39,853 nt of DNA from Flavobacteriales bacterium. GTDB taxonomy: Bacteria; Bacteroidota; Bacteroidia; M30B66. Where the stretch lies: positions 1-39,853 of the forward strand of contig JBBALS010000001.1 in NCBI GenBank assembly GCA_040402915.1, written 5' to 3'. The notes under the pieces were generated by a model. It did no database searches, was not told the DNA's origin, and was given only the letters and a program-made list of their open reading frames with translations. Of this stretch, positions 36,463 to 39,853 are shown piece by piece. Both the position numbers and the translations under genes were made by a program. Position 1 is the stretch's first letter. Each line of letters opens with the position of its first letter.

Positions 36463-38132
36463 AAGTACCGCATCTGTTGTGGATTGTTGCGCTTGCTACA
36501 CTTGTTTATTTATTGGCAATTCCTGTCGACATAATGGAAGTAGATTCTGCACAATATGCAAGCATGGCCCGTGAGATGCTTGAACGCGGAAATTTCCTCC
36601 AGGTATTTGACCGAGGAAACGATTATCTTGATAAACCTCCATTCATTTTTTGGATTACGGCGCTGTGTTATTCTGTTTTTGGGATGGGCGAATTTGCATT
36701 TAAATTTCCTGCAATACTTTTTGCGCTATTAGGAATTTTATCCATTTATCGATTCACTCGAATTTGGTACTCCGAACGGACAGCTGTTTTATCGGCAATT
36801 ATTTTAGCAACAACCCAAGGATATTATCATTTTACGAATGATGTCCGCACAGATGTTTATTTAACCAACGCAGTTATTGCAGCTATTTGGCTTTTTAGCG
36901 AGCAAATCAGAACAAACAAAGGATATTATTGGATTCCTGCATTTGTATTTGTAGGTATTGGCATGCTTGCGAAAGGCCCTTTAGGAATTGTTGTTCCTGC
37001 ACTCGCAATGGGAACTCATTTACACTTAAAAGCCGACTGGAAAAATATATTCCGTTGGCAATGGCTTGCCGGATTGGCAATTATAGCCTTGGTTTTAAGT
37101 CCGATGCTGCTTGGACTTTATGAGCAATTTGATGCTCAACCCAACAAAATAGTGAATGGTCGAAATGCCGTTTCAGGAATTCGTTTTTTCTTTTGGGAGC
37201 AGAGCTTTGGTCGCATTACCGGAGAAAATGTTTGGAAGAACGATTCAGGACCTTTTTTCTTTGTGCATAGTTTCGCTTGGTCCTTTCTTCCATGGACCTT
37301 GGGTGTTATCGGAGCAATTGTATTTCTTTTTCGCGATTTAATTCGCAATACAAAACAGTTTATTAAGCAGCAACCCGAATGGATAAGTTGGGCAGGTTTC
37401 ATTTTTCCATTCATTGCTTTATCAGCATCACATTACAAATTGCCACATTACATCTACGTAGTTTTTCCAATGACATCGGTATTGGCTGCACATTTTTTCG
37501 CACGTGTGGAATTGAAAAATAGTTTGTTCAACATGCGATGGATTACGATACCTCAAATAATCATGTTACTTGCTACTTGGTTGTTTGCTGCTGTTATTTT
37601 CACGTGGTTTTTCCCTCTTACAAATCACCTGCTTTGGATAGTCGCACTCATTGGATTGGGAATTTTTATCTGGGCTTTATTCAAGAAATTCGATCAAAGA
37701 CTTTCGCGATTCTTGTGGATTTCGCTTGCTTCTTCCTTGAGCATTAACATCTTAATGGCGACTTGGTTTTACCCAACTGTGTTAAATTATCAAGCTTCCT
37801 CACAAATGGGAACTTGGATAAAAACGAATAATTTATCGCATTTGCCATTGTATATAACCAAGGTGAATGGTAGAGCTCTGGATGTTTATGCTCAAAAAAA
37901 AGTGATTGGTGTGGAATCTTCTCAACTAGATTCACTCGTATTGGCCCAAAAAGAAGTATTGGTTTTTACTGATAGCGTGGGGTTGGAAGAATTAAAAACC
38001 TCCAAGAACTCTTGCGAAATTCTTAAAACAATGTCAGATTATCCTGTTACGCTTTTAAGTTTAAACTTTGCAAATCCCAAGAAACGTGAATCTGTTTTGG
38101 GGAAACGCTATCTAATTAAAGTAACACTTTAA
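36459..38132 (+). CDS. ArnT/PMT-like (GT83/GT39-type) polytopic glycosyltransferase using a polyprenol-phosphate sugar donor
   Basis: 557 aa with many TM segments. The N-terminal loop is [19 protein letters not shown]....G..YLDKPP, typical of the ArnT family. The start overlaps the GT2 stop as ATGA. Confidence 0.78.
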   Translation: MKVPHLLWIVALATLVYLLAIPVDIMEVDSAQYASMAREMLERGNFLQVFDRGNDYLDKPPFIFWITALCYSVFGMGEFAFKFPAILFALLGILSIYRFTRIWYSERTAVLSAIILATTQGYYHFTNDVRTDVYLTNAVIAAIWLFSEQIRTNKGYYWIPAFVFVGIGMLAKGPLGIVVPALAMGTHLHLKADWKNIFRWQWLAGLAIIALVLSPMLLGLYEQFDAQPNKIVNGRNAVSGIRFFFWEQSFGRITGENVWKNDSGPFFFVHSFAWSFLPWTLGVIGAIVFLFRDLIRNTKQFIKQQPEWISWAGFIFPFIALSASHYKLPHYIYVVFPMTSVLAAHFFARVELKNSLFNMRWITIPQIIMLLATWLFAAVIFTWFFPLTNHLLWIVALIGLGIFIWALFKKFDQRLSRFLWISLASSLSINILMATWFYPTVLNYQASSQMGTWIKTNNLSHLPLYITKVNGRALDVYAQKKVIGVESSQLDSLVLAQKEVLVFTDSVGLEELKTSKNSCEILKTMSDYPVTLLSLNFANPKKRESVLGKRYLIKVTL

Positions 38133-38133
38133 T

Positions 38134-38613
38134 TTATTTATTCATGTTAACAATACAGGATTTTGTGATTTGTGCTGAACCCTGAAAGTTGATTAAATAT
38201 TGGATAGTAATTGTATTTCCAGCGATTGAACCATTTCCTGATACTAAACGCCCTGATCCATCTGGATCTTGTTCTTCAATAATAAACGTACTTTGATTGA
38301 TTGTTGCTCGAACAGGCAATTCATAAAGATTGGCCAAATTATAAATAAGAATATCTGTTAGATTGTCATTTGCTTCGCGAACATCTGTAAAGAAATTCTG
38401 AGCTGGCGTTGTATTACAGATTTCGTTTGAATTGTATTGACCAACATATTTTTTTCTTGGACTGATACAACTCTCGTCATCAACTTCTGCTTGGTCGTCA
38501 TAGTTCTCAGAATTAGGATTTGTACAACCTGGCTTTTTATTACATGAAACAAATGTTAACGTAAGACTCAGGAAAAATAGACCTGCAAACGACAATATGG
38601 ATTTCTTATTCAT
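38134..38613 (-). CDS. hypothetical lipoprotein
   Basis: 159 aa. Signal plus lipobox LTLTFVSC. A GCTNPNSENYD motif, common in Bacteroidota lipoproteins, is present. Its stop is 1 nt from the convergent GT83 stop. Confidence 0.55.
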   Translation of the reverse strand: MNKKSILSFAGLFFLSLTLTFVSCNKKPGCTNPNSENYDDQAEVDDESCISPRKKYVGQYNSNEICNTTPAQNFFTDVREANDNLTDILIYNLANLYELPVRATINQSTFIIEEQDPDGSGRLVSGNGSIAGNTITIQYLINFQGSAQITKSCIVNMNK

Positions 38614-38731
38614 TTCTTAAATTTGACAATGGCAATGTTTAAAAAACAAGTATACGAACTATTTTCATTGAAATGAAGCGGATTTCTTAGAAAAATCTAA
38701 AACAATCAAATTGATACAATAAAGAAAATAT

Positions 38732-39814
38732 TTATTTACTCAGCATAAAAAACTCTCTAAATCCTATAGGAGATGGCAATACAGGAATAACTTGCAGTGC
38801 TTGAGTTTGATTTGAAGAAATAAGCCAAGCACTTTGTTCATATAGTTTTTGGATTGAATCGCGATCTGCCAATGGTGTTGTCAATCCTGCAAACCAGGCA
38901 TATTGAGAAGAATCCAAGCTACTTATTTTATTTGCATCTAAATTCAATTCAGGAATACAATCACCAAGTAAAGTGATCTCAACCAAACTTTCAGGGCCAA
39001 TTCCATTTCCTTGTCCACAGCGTTTTTTGATAAGATGGGCCGAATCTCTGAGTGTATAACTTGGATTTAATGTTACCGAAGAAATAATAATAACTCCAAA
39101 TAAAACCAAAAAGCTGAAGGATAAATTTCTTGCAATTGAAATGGCTTTAAACCAAGAATTGAAACATTCAATTGCTATGATGAAACAAAAGATCAGCGCG
39201 ATTAAAATTAAACTAATTCCGGTCATTTCATTAAAAACACCAGCACTCAACCAAAGCGATTTTCCAATCCAAAATAGTATGGTGAATTGAAGAATTTTCA
39301 AAGAAGGATTACTTACATACTTTGCAAAAATGTATTTCAGAATTAGAAAGAACGATGAATACACAAGCAAAAAAACGGGAACGATTGTCAATAACTCATT
39401 TAAACTATTCCCTTCGTTTAAAATGTGCAAATTTGAAAAAGTGACAAACAATGGAAGTCCGCAAAACCATGCTAAGCAATATCGAAATGTTGAACTGGAT
39501 TCTATGGAATGATCTTCGAAAAGTGCAAGTGGCAATAAGACTAATAAGATAATGAGTCGGCGGTCCGAGAAATCTGATCCAAGTAAAAACAAGATTGAAA
39601 TGAAAAGTAATGAAGCGATTCCTGTTCTACGAATCGGCATCCTCCCCTGCCCTAATCGAATGAGGATTGCGGAAATAAGTATCACGCTCAAAGGATTTGT
39701 AACAAAGTCTTTTTCGGGAAACCAAGCCAATCGTAGAACCCATCCTTGTGGATCGAGTAATTGTCTGATACTGTAAAAGCTGGCAGAGAAATACGAATAA
39801 AATGGCTGAAACAC
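38732..39814 (-). CDS. hypothetical polytopic membrane protein
   Basis: 360 aa. About 8 hydrophobic segments followed by a soluble C-terminal region of about 100 aa. No motif recognised, and the start is not verified. Confidence 0.45.
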   Translation of the reverse strand: MFQPFYSYFSASFYSIRQLLDPQGWVLRLAWFPEKDFVTNPLSVILISAILIRLGQGRMPIRRTGIASLLFISILFLLGSDFSDRRLIILLVLLPLALFEDHSIESSSTFRYCLAWFCGLPLFVTFSNLHILNEGNSLNELLTIVPVFLLVYSSFFLILKYIFAKYVSNPSLKILQFTILFWIGKSLWLSAGVFNEMTGISLILIALIFCFIIAIECFNSWFKAISIARNLSFSFLVLFGVIIISSVTLNPSYTLRDSAHLIKKRCGQGNGIGPESLVEITLLGDCIPELNLDANKISSLDSSQYAWFAGLTTPLADRDSIQKLYEQSAWLISSNQTQALQVIPVLPSPIGFREFFMLSK

Positions 39815-39853
39815 TTGTCTATTGGGATAAAAATAAAATACATAACCTAAACA

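Noticed and set aside
1-39853. Mobile element, prophage or integrative island boundaries; tRNA or rRNA genes
   Set aside because: I saw no transposase, integrase, recombinase or phage structural genes, no terminal inverted repeats and no tRNA-like sequences. The AT-rich patches (about 16.6-17.8 kb and 19.9-21.3 kb) have no flanking direct repeats that I could find.

Overview
This is a low-GC chromosomal segment that looks like Bacteroidota. The evidence is TAnnTTTG-type -7 boxes, no obvious Shine-Dalgarno sites, a DUF2911 protein, lipoproteins and a small 4.5S-type SRP RNA. I support about 36 protein genes and one RNA gene.

Gene content, left to right:
- A small cysteine-rich secreted protein.
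- A long same-strand phenylacetate lower-pathway block (paaG-paaH-paaI-paaJ-paaZ). After a 235-bp gap come a divergent crotonase, paaY, an orphan 2-oxoacid dehydrogenase E2 and a branched-chain aminotransferase.
- On the minus strand, a 4-bp-overlapping AAA(DUF4143) ATPase / SGNH hydrolase pair.
- A 505-bp non-coding gap filled by five degenerate tandem units, each built around an ACTCAA..TTGAGT palindrome.
- A tightly packed alkB / secreted protein / SWIM-SNF2 helicase operon.
- rseP, two GNAT genes, a thioredoxin-fold protein and a DUF2911 protein.
- A beta-lactamase-fold hydrolase, a penicillin/AHL-acylase-family Ntn hydrolase and an amidinotransferase-fold hydrolase in series.
- A persulfide-dioxygenase-like MBL-rhodanese fusion plus a secreted rhodanese.
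- A CPA2 antiporter, a UMF1-type MFS transporter and a tandem USP.
- A cold-shock-domain protein and an acyl-CoA desaturase.
- ffs (SRP RNA) directly abutting a GT2/ArnT-like glycosyltransferase pair.
- A lipoprotein and a polytopic membrane protein.

I saw no transposase, integrase, CRISPR array, rRNA or tRNA.

Best candidates for something undescribed:
1. The palindrome-bearing tandem array, together with the translationally coupled ATPase-nuclease-like / SGNH pair it precedes.
2. The alkB-X-SWIM/SNF2 operon.
3. A three-domain PaaZ with a C-terminal DinB/DUF1569-like extension.
4. The paa block ending in E2 plus an aminotransferase.

All functional calls come from motif and family recognition by eye. 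No database search was run.
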